Assembly (NCBI GenBank): GCA_947571655.1
Contig: CANOYR010000001.1
Span: 29,122-93,121 of the forward strand
DNA: 64,000 nt
Origin: an uncultured Bacillales bacterium
GTDB lineage: Bacteria > Bacillota_I > Bacilli_A > RF39 > UBA660
Direction of reading: 5' to 3'
Positions 1 through 9,468 of this stretch are shown here, in pieces (the stretch's first letter is position 1; every line of letters starts with the position of its first letter). Position numbers and translations under genes: made by a program. The notes below the pieces were generated by a model. The model searched no databases. It saw nothing but the letters and a program-made list of their open reading frames with translations, and was not told the DNA's origin.

Positions 1-1
1 G

Positions 2-544
2 ATATTCTTTTTACAAAATCACCTTTTTAACAAAAAGTATGAAAAATTTAGCCTAATTTTTACGATAACCATAGGAATCATTATTCATTTTCTTCCAAAT
101 CAAAACTTTGGAATTTTAAGACTTCAAATTTATTTTCCTCTTTTTTCCTTAGGATATTACTTAGCACAATATCCACAGATATTAAAAAAGACAAAATATT
201 TAATCCTTCCATCGATACTTATTTATCTATATCTCTTTCCTAAATTTAGTGTATATATAGATGACCTATTGATCTTTTATTCTGTTTCCATTTGCGCTAT
301 TATTATAATTTACAATTTTATTAAATATATTAAAATTAAAAAGCTTTATGACATTCTCTCCTTTTTTGGGAAATATTCACTTGAAATATATTTATGTCAA
401 TGCCTATGCCTAAATATAGGAACTAAAAGTGGTAATTTAAGAATATTCAGTATTTTTATAACAGCCACTGGTATTTCAACTCTACTTTCAATCATTACGA
501 ATAAATCTAAAATACTAAAATTTATCCTATATGGAAAAAAATAA
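2..544 (+). CDS. Acyltransferase-3 (OafA-like) membrane protein, 5'-truncated by window edge
   Basis: Frame is open from base 2 through the listed 269..544 ORF; multi-TM, with YFPLFSLGYY and FGKYSLEIYLCQ segments typical of the family C-terminus. Confidence 0.65.
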   Translation: MFFLQNHLFNKKYEKFSLIFTITIGIIIHFLPNQNFGILRLQIYFPLFSLGYYLAQYPQILKKTKYLILPSILIYLYLFPKFSVYIDDLLIFYSVSICAIIIIYNFIKYIKIKKLYDILSFFGKYSLEIYLCQCLCLNIGTKSGNLRIFSIFITATGISTLLSIITNKSKILKFILYGKK

Positions 545-656
545 CAGAAATCAGCTCTTTATCTTTCATTTTTAATAAACTCTCAAAAAATCAAACATCT
601 TAGGTTACAAAACATGATATAAAAATTTAAAGTAAAAAATAAAAAAGAAACGTTCA

Positions 657-995
657 TTACCCGTTTCTAAAAATTCCATGTTGATTACATCCAAAAATAA
701 TCTCTGCATCCTCCTGTTTTTTTAAAACAACATCAACTGCTAACTCTTTAGGAAGCTTAACCACCACATATTGATTTTTTTTACCATAAGCAATAAAATT
801 CAAATGATGTTCCTTAGTCATTCCATGTTCCGAGGTTAAATGAATATTGTTATTTTGTTCTTCAATTAATAAACAATGCTTTCCCTCAGCTTTTTTTATG
901 TCTTGACTATTTAATTTTTCTCCACAACAAGTGATAGGTTTTTCATCTGTTACCACTATAACATTGCCACAAATTGGACATACATAAAACTTCAT
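657..995 (-). CDS. Desulfoferrodoxin / superoxide reductase-like protein
   Basis: N-terminal CPICGN...CCGE desulforedoxin motif; C-terminal GKH, HGMTKEHH, CNQHG iron ligands. Confidence 0.8.
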   Translation of the reverse strand: MKFYVCPICGNVIVVTDEKPITCCGEKLNSQDIKKAEGKHCLLIEEQNNNIHLTSEHGMTKEHHLNFIAYGKKNQYVVVKLPKELAVDVVLKKQEDAEIIFGCNQHGIFRNG

Positions 996-1021
996 ACTAC
1001 ATCTTTCCTTCCTTTATTAAT

Positions 1022-2308
1022 TTATTGATTCATCTCAATTTTTTCCTTTCCGCCCATATAAGGACGAAGTACCTTTGGAATATTTACGGAACCATCCACA
1101 TTAATGTTATTCTCTAAAAAAGCAATCAAAGCACGTGTACTAGCAAGAACAGTATTATTGAGTGTATGAGCAAAATAATTCCCCTTTTCCCCCTTAATTC
1201 GAATTCCAAGACGTCTTGCTTGTGCATCTCCTAATGTAGAACAAGAACCTACCTCAAAATACTTCTGCTGTCTTGGACTCCATGCCTCCACATCACAAGA
1301 TTTTACCTTTAAATCCGCAAGATCCCCTGTACAACACTCTAAAGTGCGAACAGGAATATTCATATTTCTAAAAATATCTACTGTATACTTCCACATTTTA
1401 TGATACCAATCCATACTGTCTTTCGGTTCACAAATAACAATCATTTCCTGCTTTTCAAATTGGTGTACCCGGTAAATTCCACGTTCTTCAATCCCATGAG
1501 CTCCTACTTCTTTTCTAAAACAAGGAGAATAGGAAGTCATGGTAATTGGAAGTTCACTCTGACTAATCATTTGCCCCTTAAATTTACCAATCATTGAATG
1601 TTCACTAGTCCCAATTAAAAATAAATCTTCCCCCTCTATCTTATACATCATCGCATCCATCTCAGCAAAGGACATAACCCCGTTCACAACATCACTACGA
1701 ATCATAAAAGGTGGAATACAATAAATAAACCCCTGATCAATCATATAATCTCTCGCATAATTAATCATTGCTGTTGAAAGTCTTGCAGCATCGCCCATCA
1801 AATAATAGAATCCATTTCCACTCGTCCTACCAGCACTATCTTTATCAAGACCATTCAATTTCATAAGAATATCTGCATGATAAGGAATCTCAAAATCAGA
1901 AACCTTTGGCTCTCCAAACCTTTCTATTTCTACATTCTCACTATCATCTTTTCCAACAGGAACAGAAGCATCTACCATTTGAGGAATCACCATCATTTTT
2001 TCTTTCAATAAAGTACTAAGTTCGGTTTCTTTCTTTTCTATTTCTGATAATCTCTCATTAATTTCCACAACTCGTGCTTTTTTTCCTTCTGCTTCTTCCT
2101 TCTTCCCTTCCCGCATCAAAGTACCAATTGTACTACTAATTTCATTCCTTTCCTGACGAAGTTTATCCCCTTCTACTTGAAAAGCACGCTTTTGCTCATC
2201 TAACTCTACCACATAATCTACGAAAGGTAACTTCTCCTCCTGAAATTTCTTTCGAATATTCTCTTTAACTGCCTCTTGATTCTCCCTTACAAATTTAATA
2301 TCTAACAT
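1022..2308 (-). CDS. serS: Seryl-tRNA synthetase
   Basis: MLDIKFVREN start at 2308 after GAGGA; GTSEH, FRKEVG, HQFEKQE, EVGSCS, HTLNNT motifs. Confidence 0.97.
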   Translation of the reverse strand: MLDIKFVRENQEAVKENIRKKFQEEKLPFVDYVVELDEQKRAFQVEGDKLRQERNEISSTIGTLMREGKKEEAEGKKARVVEINERLSEIEKKETELSTLLKEKMMVIPQMVDASVPVGKDDSENVEIERFGEPKVSDFEIPYHADILMKLNGLDKDSAGRTSGNGFYYLMGDAARLSTAMINYARDYMIDQGFIYCIPPFMIRSDVVNGVMSFAEMDAMMYKIEGEDLFLIGTSEHSMIGKFKGQMISQSELPITMTSYSPCFRKEVGAHGIEERGIYRVHQFEKQEMIVICEPKDSMDWYHKMWKYTVDIFRNMNIPVRTLECCTGDLADLKVKSCDVEAWSPRQQKYFEVGSCSTLGDAQARRLGIRIKGEKGNYFAHTLNNTVLASTRALIAFLENNINVDGSVNIPKVLRPYMGGKEKIEMNQ

Positions 2309-2409
2309 AAAATTATCCTCTTCTTCCTCATTTCTTATACTATTTAATTTACACAAAATAAATAACGGTTTCAAACTCCAAAGAAAAACCATAAAACTAT
2401 CCACCTAGC

Positions 2410-2594
2410 AAAACAAAAAAGGAAGATACTTAAGGAGTATGAATAATGGTACCATCCCTTTATTAACTCATTTTAGATAGCGTTTTACAAAAACAAATGA
2501 AGCCCTCTAAGGAGTAGATAAAATAATTCCCATCCATTTCACCAGCCATGAACTCTCTAGCAAAAGAAAATTATAATGGATTCCTTTTTAATTT
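2410..2594 (-). promoter_or_regulatory. T-box riboswitch leader of serS
   Basis: On - strand: AGAGAG and GCTGGTGAAA stem I boxes, Ser codon TCT (2516-2518) at specifier position, AAGGGATGGTACC T-box (2448-2460), then ATACT-cctta-AGTAT hairpin and T-rich tract. Confidence 0.85.
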
Positions 2595-2600
2595 AATATC

Positions 2601-2629
2601 ATTATAAACACAATTTTATTTTTTCGCAA
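2601..2629 (-). promoter_or_regulatory. SigA-type promoter of the serS T-box leader
   Basis: TTGCGA-N17-TATAAT on - strand immediately before the leader. Confidence 0.7.
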
Positions 2630-2659
2630 TCATTAAATCAACATTTTAAAGTTTTAAAA

Positions 2660-3757
2660 CTAATTTTCTCTTAAAAGATAAGAAAAACTTTTTAAAGTGT
2701 TAGAATACCGCTCCACTGCTTCATAGACCACAATATCTGGGTGATATCGATCAATAACATTAGAATCATAAATACTATGATGTAAAAAAATAGAATGATG
2801 AAAAAGCTTCGCCAAATAGGGAATTGTAGCAGTACGAAAAGAATCCCCGACAAACAAAATCGTTTGATCATAAACTCCATTAGAAGAACACTCATCCAAC
2901 TGCATATCACTATTACACGTATATTCAATATCCTCTAAAAAATTATCAACAACAGGAAAAACATCAGTTAACTGATCAGTTAAATTCATCAAAGCCAAAT
3001 CCCCGCTCCCAGTTCCATTAGATATTTTTCCTTTTGGAACCACAAATTCTGAATCTATCTTTTTCATTAAGTCAATGACTCCCAAATAAGCACCATAGGG
3101 ATTCCAATGAGTATCATATTTAAAATAAGTATCATATTCCCTTCGAGATTGTACTAAAATCTGCTTCGGATATACAATATTTAAATCCGAAGAATCTTCT
3201 AAATAATTAAGAAGTAATTCAGTTTTACTTTCTTTTCTGTCTTTATTTCTTTTAATCATATCTGGCATATAATCAGAATAAACATTTTCCTTATTTGGTA
3301 ATATTAAAATATAAAAGTCTATTTTTTTCTTGTTTAATTGATCTCTGGTATTCTCTAAATTATTTTTAATTTCATCTAATTCCACCCTAGAATAACTACT
3401 AAAATTCCTATAATCATCAATTGAATCTGCATCCTGAGAAACAGAACTATTATAAAATAACCATCCATTCTTTCCATATATTACTCTAGAATCTGCAGCA
3501 GTATGAAAACCCTGATACAAAATAGAAGAACGGATCTTTCTAATCTCATTTTTAAAAGCAACATGGTCATTAAAATAATTTTCATAATCATTCGCAAAAT
3601 GAGATAGATTTTTTAATGTTAACTCTGGTTTTGGATATAAATTTCTATTTTCATAAACAGTATGATCCATCAAGTCACCAACAAACCAATAGACAACACC
3701 TGGACCAATTAAAAATAAAATAAAAATTATTGTAATTATTAAATCATTCTTTTTCAC
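2660..3757 (-). CDS. AlgJ/AlgX/PatB-like (DHHW-type) extracytoplasmic O-acetyltransferase
   Basis: N-terminal TM, ENR, GKNGWLFY, PNKENVY, DTHWN, GDSF motifs; directly downstream of MBOAT gene. Confidence 0.8.
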   Translation of the reverse strand: MKKNDLIITIIFILFLIGPGVVYWFVGDLMDHTVYENRNLYPKPELTLKNLSHFANDYENYFNDHVAFKNEIRKIRSSILYQGFHTAADSRVIYGKNGWLFYNSSVSQDADSIDDYRNFSSYSRVELDEIKNNLENTRDQLNKKKIDFYILILPNKENVYSDYMPDMIKRNKDRKESKTELLLNYLEDSSDLNIVYPKQILVQSRREYDTYFKYDTHWNPYGAYLGVIDLMKKIDSEFVVPKGKISNGTGSGDLALMNLTDQLTDVFPVVDNFLEDIEYTCNSDMQLDECSSNGVYDQTILFVGDSFRTATIPYLAKLFHHSIFLHHSIYDSNVIDRYHPDIVVYEAVERYSNTLKSFSYLLREN

Positions 3758-3765
3758 TTTATCAC

Positions 3766-5181
3766 CTAAAATCTAAAATATATAAATGGATTATATGAAC
3801 TAGCAACTAATTCAAAAATACAAATTATCATCAAAAATATAATAACCAAAAACTCCAATTTTTCATGATAAATATATTTTATTTTATTTCTACCTTTTTC
3901 ACTAAGACAAGAAAAGACTTTTTGAACAATTCCACTAAATAAAACAGATAACAGAAGAATTAAAATTGTTTTGAAATTAATAAATGATGGTAAAAAAGCA
4001 TAAGTCTGCTTAAAATTAAAAGAAAACATTAATTGAATCATATAAAAAGCATCTGATAGATTATTGGCACGAAACAAAATCCAACCAATCATTACAACAA
4101 GCATTACATAAAAATGATGAAGAAATTTATATGGATTCCAATCTAAAAATCTATGAAATATCATTTTTTCAAAAATTAAAAACACTCCATAATAAAGACC
4201 CCATACAATAAAATTAAAACTTGCACCATGCCATAATCCAGTTGCAAAAAATACAATAAATAAATTAAGGTAAGTTCTCACCTTTCCCTTTCTATTTCCT
4301 CCTAAAGGAATATAAAGATACTGCTTAAACCATGTAGATAAAGAAATATGCCACCTTCTCCAAAACTCAGTAATTGATTGTGAAATATAGGGAAGATTAA
4401 AATTCTCGGAAAAATGAAATCCAAACATTCTACCCAATCCAATTGCCATATCACTATATCCAGAAAAATCAAAGTAAATTTGCATCGTATAAGATATTGT
4501 AATAAGCCATACCAATGGTGTATTTAAATTTGTAACCCCAGAGTCATAAATAGAATCGACAATAAGTGCTAATGTATTAGAAAAAATTACCTTCTTAGAA
4601 AGACCATATACAAATCTTCGAATACCAGAAGAAAATAATTCCAAATTCACAGTTCTTTGCTTAATTTCTTTTTCAACATCCTTATATTTTACAATAGGTC
4701 CAGCAATAAGTTGTGGAAAAAAAGAAACATAAAGTGCCAAATCAAAAAAGTTTTTTTGAACCTTAATTTCCTTTCGATATAAATCTACAATATAAGATAA
4801 AATCTGAAACGTATAAAATGAAATTCCAATCGGCAAAATAATCTCTCGAAAACCAATTGATGAAAAACCAAAGATTTTATTAATAAAATCAATAAAAAAA
4901 TTAAAATATTTAAAATATCCAAGAATCCCTAAATTTAATAAAATAGCAACAATCAATACAAATTTATCATATTTTCGATATCGATCAAGAATCAATCCTA
5001 TAACATAGTTAACAAAAATAGAAGCTAACATTAAAAATATATATTTAGGCTCCCCCCAAGCATAAAAAATTAAACTTGCAACAAGAAGAATTATATTTCT
5101 AAATCGACTTTTACTAATAAAATAAAAAAACAACAATAAGGGTAAAAACAACCACAAAAATATCATAGAACTAAAAACCAT
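3766..5181 (-). CDS. MBOAT O-acyltransferase (AlgI/PatA/DltB family)
   Basis: MVFSS start, LPIGISFYTFQ, FFPQLIAGPI, DFSGYSDMAIG, FWRRWHISLS, GLWHGA. Confidence 0.93.
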   Translation of the reverse strand: MVFSSMIFLWLFLPLLLFFYFISKSRFRNIILLVASLIFYAWGEPKYIFLMLASIFVNYVIGLILDRYRKYDKFVLIVAILLNLGILGYFKYFNFFIDFINKIFGFSSIGFREIILPIGISFYTFQILSYIVDLYRKEIKVQKNFFDLALYVSFFPQLIAGPIVKYKDVEKEIKQRTVNLELFSSGIRRFVYGLSKKVIFSNTLALIVDSIYDSGVTNLNTPLVWLITISYTMQIYFDFSGYSDMAIGLGRMFGFHFSENFNLPYISQSITEFWRRWHISLSTWFKQYLYIPLGGNRKGKVRTYLNLFIVFFATGLWHGASFNFIVWGLYYGVFLIFEKMIFHRFLDWNPYKFLHHFYVMLVVMIGWILFRANNLSDAFYMIQLMFSFNFKQTYAFLPSFINFKTILILLLSVLFSGIVQKVFSCLSEKGRNKIKYIYHEKLEFLVIIFLMIICIFELVASSYNPFIYFRF

Positions 5182-5368
5182 ACTATCACTATCCACCATA
5201 TCATCAAAAATAAAATATTTTTCATTAAAATTATCTCATTTTCTATAAGCATTGTCAAGAAATCAAAAAAATAAAAAAATTCTACAATATCTACCTAAAT
5301 ATAATAAAAACAATTGCAATTTATCCTTTTTTTTGTTATGCTTTTAATAGAATAAGGGAGATGGAAAT

Positions 5369-6169
5369 ATGATTTTAGCTTTTAAACTAGATTGGTTTAC
5401 TACAATACCAGGACTTCTAGTGAGTGTGGGAGTAGTTTTATTATTAATCGCAATTATTTTGTTTATTGTTGGAAACAGAAAAGCAAAGAAAAACGCAAAA
5501 AAAATGGAGACATCATCAGAAAATACAGCACCAATGGTTTCAGAGGCAACAACGATACCTGTAGAACCAGTCCAACCAGCCCAAGTAATGCAACCAGAAC
5601 CAGTAGTTACTACAGAAACTATCGTATCACCAATTGCACCAATAGAAAATGCAACAACCAATACAGCGACTGCAACAATTGAACCAGTAGCAATTGAAAC
5701 AACCGCAACTACAAAAGAACCAATAGCAGTTCAAACACCAGCTACTACAGAACCTGTAAATACACAAGCAACAGAAACAAAAGAACCTCAAATAGTTTCT
5801 ACCGAAACAATTACAAATCAAACAGTTGCAACTACGAATGGATTAGAAACACCAGAGGCTACAAATTTAGATAAAACAATGATTTCTGTATATGGTGGGG
5901 AAAATCCAGTACCAACTGTACAACCAACAGTAGAAGAAAAAACCATTTATGGTGGAAACAATCCATTAGACGCTACACAAAATATACCAGTAGTAGAAGA
6001 AACGCATCAACCATATGGTGGTGTTGTGCCAACAATCCCAGCAACACAAGCACAAGAAAGCACTTCTACTCAAACTTCTACTCAAGGAGTAGAACACCCA
6101 CAAACAGCAACCACTGCAACAGAACCGCCCAAAGAACCACCCATAACAAATACGACAGAAGAAATATAA
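5369..6169 (+). CDS. Single-TM protein with long Thr/Pro/Glu-rich disordered tail
   Basis: RBS GGGAG; N-terminal TM followed by basic patch; low-complexity tail with three YGG motifs. Confidence 0.8.
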   Translation: MILAFKLDWFTTIPGLLVSVGVVLLLIAIILFIVGNRKAKKNAKKMETSSENTAPMVSEATTIPVEPVQPAQVMQPEPVVTTETIVSPIAPIENATTNTATATIEPVAIETTATTKEPIAVQTPATTEPVNTQATETKEPQIVSTETITNQTVATTNGLETPEATNLDKTMISVYGGENPVPTVQPTVEEKTIYGGNNPLDATQNIPVVEETHQPYGGVVPTIPATQAQESTSTQTSTQGVEHPQTATTATEPPKEPPITNTTEEI

Positions 6170-6196
6170 AAAGACATTTTTCAGAGTCTTTTTTTT
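6168..6196 (+). terminator. Intrinsic terminator
   Basis: AAAAGAC...GTCTTTT inverted repeat with T tract at the stop codon. Confidence 0.55.
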
Positions 6197-6244
6197 CATT
6201 TTCTTTCATATAGTAAAAATATAGAAAGGAATGATTATAACAAT

Positions 6245-6505
6245 ATGGAAACATTAAAAGTTTCAACAAAATCGAACCCAAATAGTGTAGCAGGAGCACT
6301 TGCCAACGTATTTCGTGAAAAAGGAAGCGTCGAAATTCAAGCAGTAGGAGCAGGAGCTCTCAATCAAGCAATTAAAGCAATCGCTATTGCACGAGGATTT
6401 GTAGCACCTTCTGGAAAAAATCTAGTTTGTATTCCTGCTTTTACGGATATCACAATTGATGGAGAAGAAAGAACTGCAATTAAACTAATTGTAGAAGCAA
6501 TCTAA
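6245..6505 (+). CDS. spoVS: Stage V sporulation protein S
   Basis: LKVSTKSNPNSVAGALA, QAVGAGALNQAIKAIAIARGFVAPSG, CIPAF: canonical SpoVS. Confidence 0.97.
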   Translation: METLKVSTKSNPNSVAGALANVFREKGSVEIQAVGAGALNQAIKAIAIARGFVAPSGKNLVCIPAFTDITIDGEERTAIKLIVEAI

Positions 6506-6513
6506 TATTCCTT

Positions 6514-6543
6514 AGACTATTCATTTTTTTGAATAGTCTTTTT
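6514..6543. terminator. Terminator between convergent spoVS and GH25 gene
   Basis: AGACTATTCA-ttttt-TGAATAGTCT hairpin followed by T run. Confidence 0.7.
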
Positions 6544-6577
6544 AATTCATAAATTAAAAAGAAAAAACATAAAAATT

Positions 6578-7777
6578 TTAATAATTTTTTAAATATAATA
6601 AATCCATATCCACATCGGAAGAAATTCCAGGAACCCTTCCATTACTAGTAAACTGCCACATTCTATAATCCCCTTCATAATTAGTTTCCCTCGTATAATG
6701 CGCCAACCATACATCATAATCTAACAAATTCCAAATCTTTTCTAAATAGTTTTTACTAGCATACATCATTGGTTGATACCCATATTTTTCTATGATACTT
6801 AAAAATGAATGAGCAATCTGATTTAAATCATAAAGACTAATATGAAAAGAATTGAACATAGAATAGCATTCCCAATCAAATACCACTGGCAAATCCAATG
6901 AATAATCTTTTAATTGCTTTACTACCCACTTTGCTTGATTTCTCGCCTCCTTTTTACTAGAGGCATAAGAATAATAATAAACACCAACCAAAAGTCCATT
7001 TTTCTGAGCTTCCTTAATATTTTCTAAAAAATAAGAATCTAACTTCGAATCTTCTTTTGGACCAATTTGCGTTCCTAAACGAATCATCGCAAACTGAATT
7101 CCACTTTCTCGAACCCTTTTCCAATCAATCGATTCTTGCCATTTAGAAACATCAATTCCGATAGAAATATTAGAAGAAGAATAACGCTCTTTCACATCCT
7201 CTAACTGAATTTTCTCTGAAGTAGAAGTACCTTGTTTTTCAACAACTTTTAAAACGAAATCTTCTCTAGTTTCATTTCCACTATGATCAGTTGCTAAATA
7301 AGTTAATGGATATTCTCCAACCTGATCAAAAAAATAATCTCCTTCAATTCTACAGTTGGGATTTTTATCATAATTATCCCCACATAAAATTAAATCCTCT
7401 AATTTTTTTTCATTTCCTTTTACAACAGTATAACTACCAGAAACCCAAACAAGAGGCGGTGTACGATCAAAAACAGAAAGTAAAAAAGTAGAAGTCTTCT
7501 TTTTTCCATAATCATTATAATAAGTAAAAGAAATTTCCTTCTCACCCAGTTCAGAAGTATCGATTACTTCATCTTCTAAAACACCATCCTCTATTCTAAC
7601 AAAATCAGAAATTCTGACTTTAGAGTATACCTCTGTAGTAACAGTTTCTTTAAAAACAAAAGAAGTATTTTCCACTTCTTCCTCTAAAAGACCAAAAGAA
7701 GGAAAACACAAAAAGATTCCAGCAATTAAAAACAATAATCCTACGATAAAAAAAATGATCCATATTTTATTTTTCAT
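6578..7777 (-). CDS. GH25 muramidase with N-terminal anchor and Ig-like domains
   Basis: GIDVSKWQ, GVYYYSYA, PVVFDWE (DxE), WLAHY, WQFTSNG, VDMD; DRTPP...GEYPLTYLATDHSGN Ig-like segment. Confidence 0.9.
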   Translation of the reverse strand: MKNKIWIIFFIVGLLFLIAGIFLCFPSFGLLEEEVENTSFVFKETVTTEVYSKVRISDFVRIEDGVLEDEVIDTSELGEKEISFTYYNDYGKKKTSTFLLSVFDRTPPLVWVSGSYTVVKGNEKKLEDLILCGDNYDKNPNCRIEGDYFFDQVGEYPLTYLATDHSGNETREDFVLKVVEKQGTSTSEKIQLEDVKERYSSSNISIGIDVSKWQESIDWKRVRESGIQFAMIRLGTQIGPKEDSKLDSYFLENIKEAQKNGLLVGVYYYSYASSKKEARNQAKWVVKQLKDYSLDLPVVFDWECYSMFNSFHISLYDLNQIAHSFLSIIEKYGYQPMMYASKNYLEKIWNLLDYDVWLAHYTRETNYEGDYRMWQFTSNGRVPGISSDVDMDLLYLKNY

Positions 7778-7857
7778 TGAGAATCCTCTCCTATTTATCC
7801 ATTAGTTTACCAAAAAAATGCAATCTAATTCTATCATTTAAAAATTTATGAAATTTT

Positions 7858-8532
7858 TTACTTCTTCAAATATGAAAAACAAGACCAAACACCATGAACC
7901 TCAGGAAATCTTTCAAAAACTAAGTTCTCTTTAGTAATCGGATGAAAAAAAGACAAATGATAACAAGAAAGAGCAATTTGTTTTTGATTTCGAACTCCAT
8001 ATCGTTGATCTCCATACAAAGGAAATCCTCGAGAAGCAAACTGAACACGAATCTGGTGATGTCTACCTGTTTTTAGATAAACACGAACCAGACTTTGATT
8101 TCCTACCTCTTCCAAAACCTCATAATCTAAAATAGAATCTTTTCCATTTTTAGAATCTACAACAATAGTATTTCCATTCTCCAATTTCTTTAAATAATCC
8201 CGAAATTCGCCCTTTTTTTTAGGTAAAATTCCATTTACTACTGCTAAATATTGTTTTCCAATCTTAGAAAGACGAATTTGTTCAGAAAGACGAGAAGCTG
8301 CTTTACTCGTTTTTGCGTAAACCATCACTCCAGATACTGGACGATCCAATCGATGAACAAGACCCACAAAAACATTTCCTGGTTTTTGATATTTCTCTTT
8401 AATATATTGCTTAATCATTGTAAGCAAATCGAAATCTAATGTGGCATCTCCTTGGCTTAAAACATTTTCTTTTTTATATACTACAATTACATGATTATCC
8501 TCATATAAAATTTCGAATTTTTTACTCTTCAT
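7858..8532 (-). CDS. RluA-family pseudouridine synthase
   Basis: ILYEDNH, VHRLDRPVSG, TGRHHQIRVQ, PLYGD. Confidence 0.93.
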   Translation of the reverse strand: MKSKKFEILYEDNHVIVVYKKENVLSQGDATLDFDLLTMIKQYIKEKYQKPGNVFVGLVHRLDRPVSGVMVYAKTSKAASRLSEQIRLSKIGKQYLAVVNGILPKKKGEFRDYLKKLENGNTIVVDSKNGKDSILDYEVLEEVGNQSLVRVYLKTGRHHQIRVQFASRGFPLYGDQRYGVRNQKQIALSCYHLSFFHPITKENLVFERFPEVHGVWSCFSYLKK

Positions 8533-9391
8533 CAAACAAATACCTTCCTGTAATCCCACATGGTAAAATTAACCCCTGTTCCCGAATTGGAAGACCAATC
8601 TCCTCTGTTTCAAAAGTCCCAGAAAAATCTTTAAAATGTAACCGAAATAAATTATTCACAACTTCTGTAGATAAACCAGATGTATAAGAATTGATTAAAA
8701 AAAATAATGGGGAATCACTCAATAATTGTACACAAAGTTGAATCAAAGAATCTAAATCTCTTTCAATATCCCAAACTTCTCCATTTGCACCTCTTCCATA
8801 ACTAGGAGGATCCATGATAATAGCATCGTAACGATTTCCCCTACGAATTTCTCTTTTAACAAACTTCACAACATCATCAACAAGAAATCGAACAGAAGCA
8901 TCACGAAAACCAGAAAGAGAAACATTTTCTTTGGCCCAATCCACCATGCCACGAGAAGCATCTACATGAACAACACTAGCTCCCTTACTAAGACAAGCAA
9001 CTGTCGCTCCACCTGTATAGGCAAATAAATTTAATACACGAACAGGAGTCCTCCTAGATTCAATCTTCTCCATCATAAAATCCCAATTGACTGCCTGTTC
9101 TGGAAATAATCCTGTATGTTTAAATCCCATTTGCTTAATATGAAAAGTTAAATTCCGATACTGGATATTCCAAGATTCTTTGGTGTCCCTTAAGTTTTCC
9201 CAGTAACCACCACCACGATTACTGCGATGATAATAAGCATGAATATATGGATACTTTTCAAGTAAATCACCACGATCCCAAATAACCTGAGGATCGGGTC
9301 TTAATAAATAAATATCACTCCAACGTTCTAATTTTAAGCCCCTAGAACTATCAATAATTTCATAATCCTTCCAATGATTTGCTAATCTCAT
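8522..9391 (-). CDS. Class I SAM-dependent (RlmI/RlmK-related) methyltransferase
   Basis: KHTGLFPEQ, VLNLFAYTGG, HVDAS, IIMDPPSYG. Confidence 0.88.
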   Translation of the reverse strand: MRLANHWKDYEIIDSSRGLKLERWSDIYLLRPDPQVIWDRGDLLEKYPYIHAYYHRSNRGGGYWENLRDTKESWNIQYRNLTFHIKQMGFKHTGLFPEQAVNWDFMMEKIESRRTPVRVLNLFAYTGGATVACLSKGASVVHVDASRGMVDWAKENVSLSGFRDASVRFLVDDVVKFVKREIRRGNRYDAIIMDPPSYGRGANGEVWDIERDLDSLIQLCVQLLSDSPLFFLINSYTSGLSTEVVNNLFRLHFKDFSGTFETEEIGLPIREQGLILPCGITGRYLFDEE

Positions 9392-9468
9392 GAACTTCCT
9401 CCCTTTCTTGTAGTTTATCATGTTTTAAAAAGAAAAAAAAGAAGGCTTTTTCAAAGAAAGACATCCTT

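Noticed and set aside
2309-2404. N-terminal extension of SerS in the ORF track
   Set aside because: Canonical MLDIK start with RBS at 2308; the upstream stretch lies between T-box terminator and start
2476-2490. cre-like sequence TGTAAAACGCTATC in the serS leader
   Set aside because: Falls inside the T-box structure where a CGYUA-type element is expected
5344-6299. Overlapping Cys-rich or hydrophobic ORFs (5344..5661, 5392..5682, 5627..5821, 5966..6199, 6078..6299)
   Set aside because: Alternate-frame products of ACA/CCA/GAA-rich codons in the 5369..6169 gene; no convincing RBS
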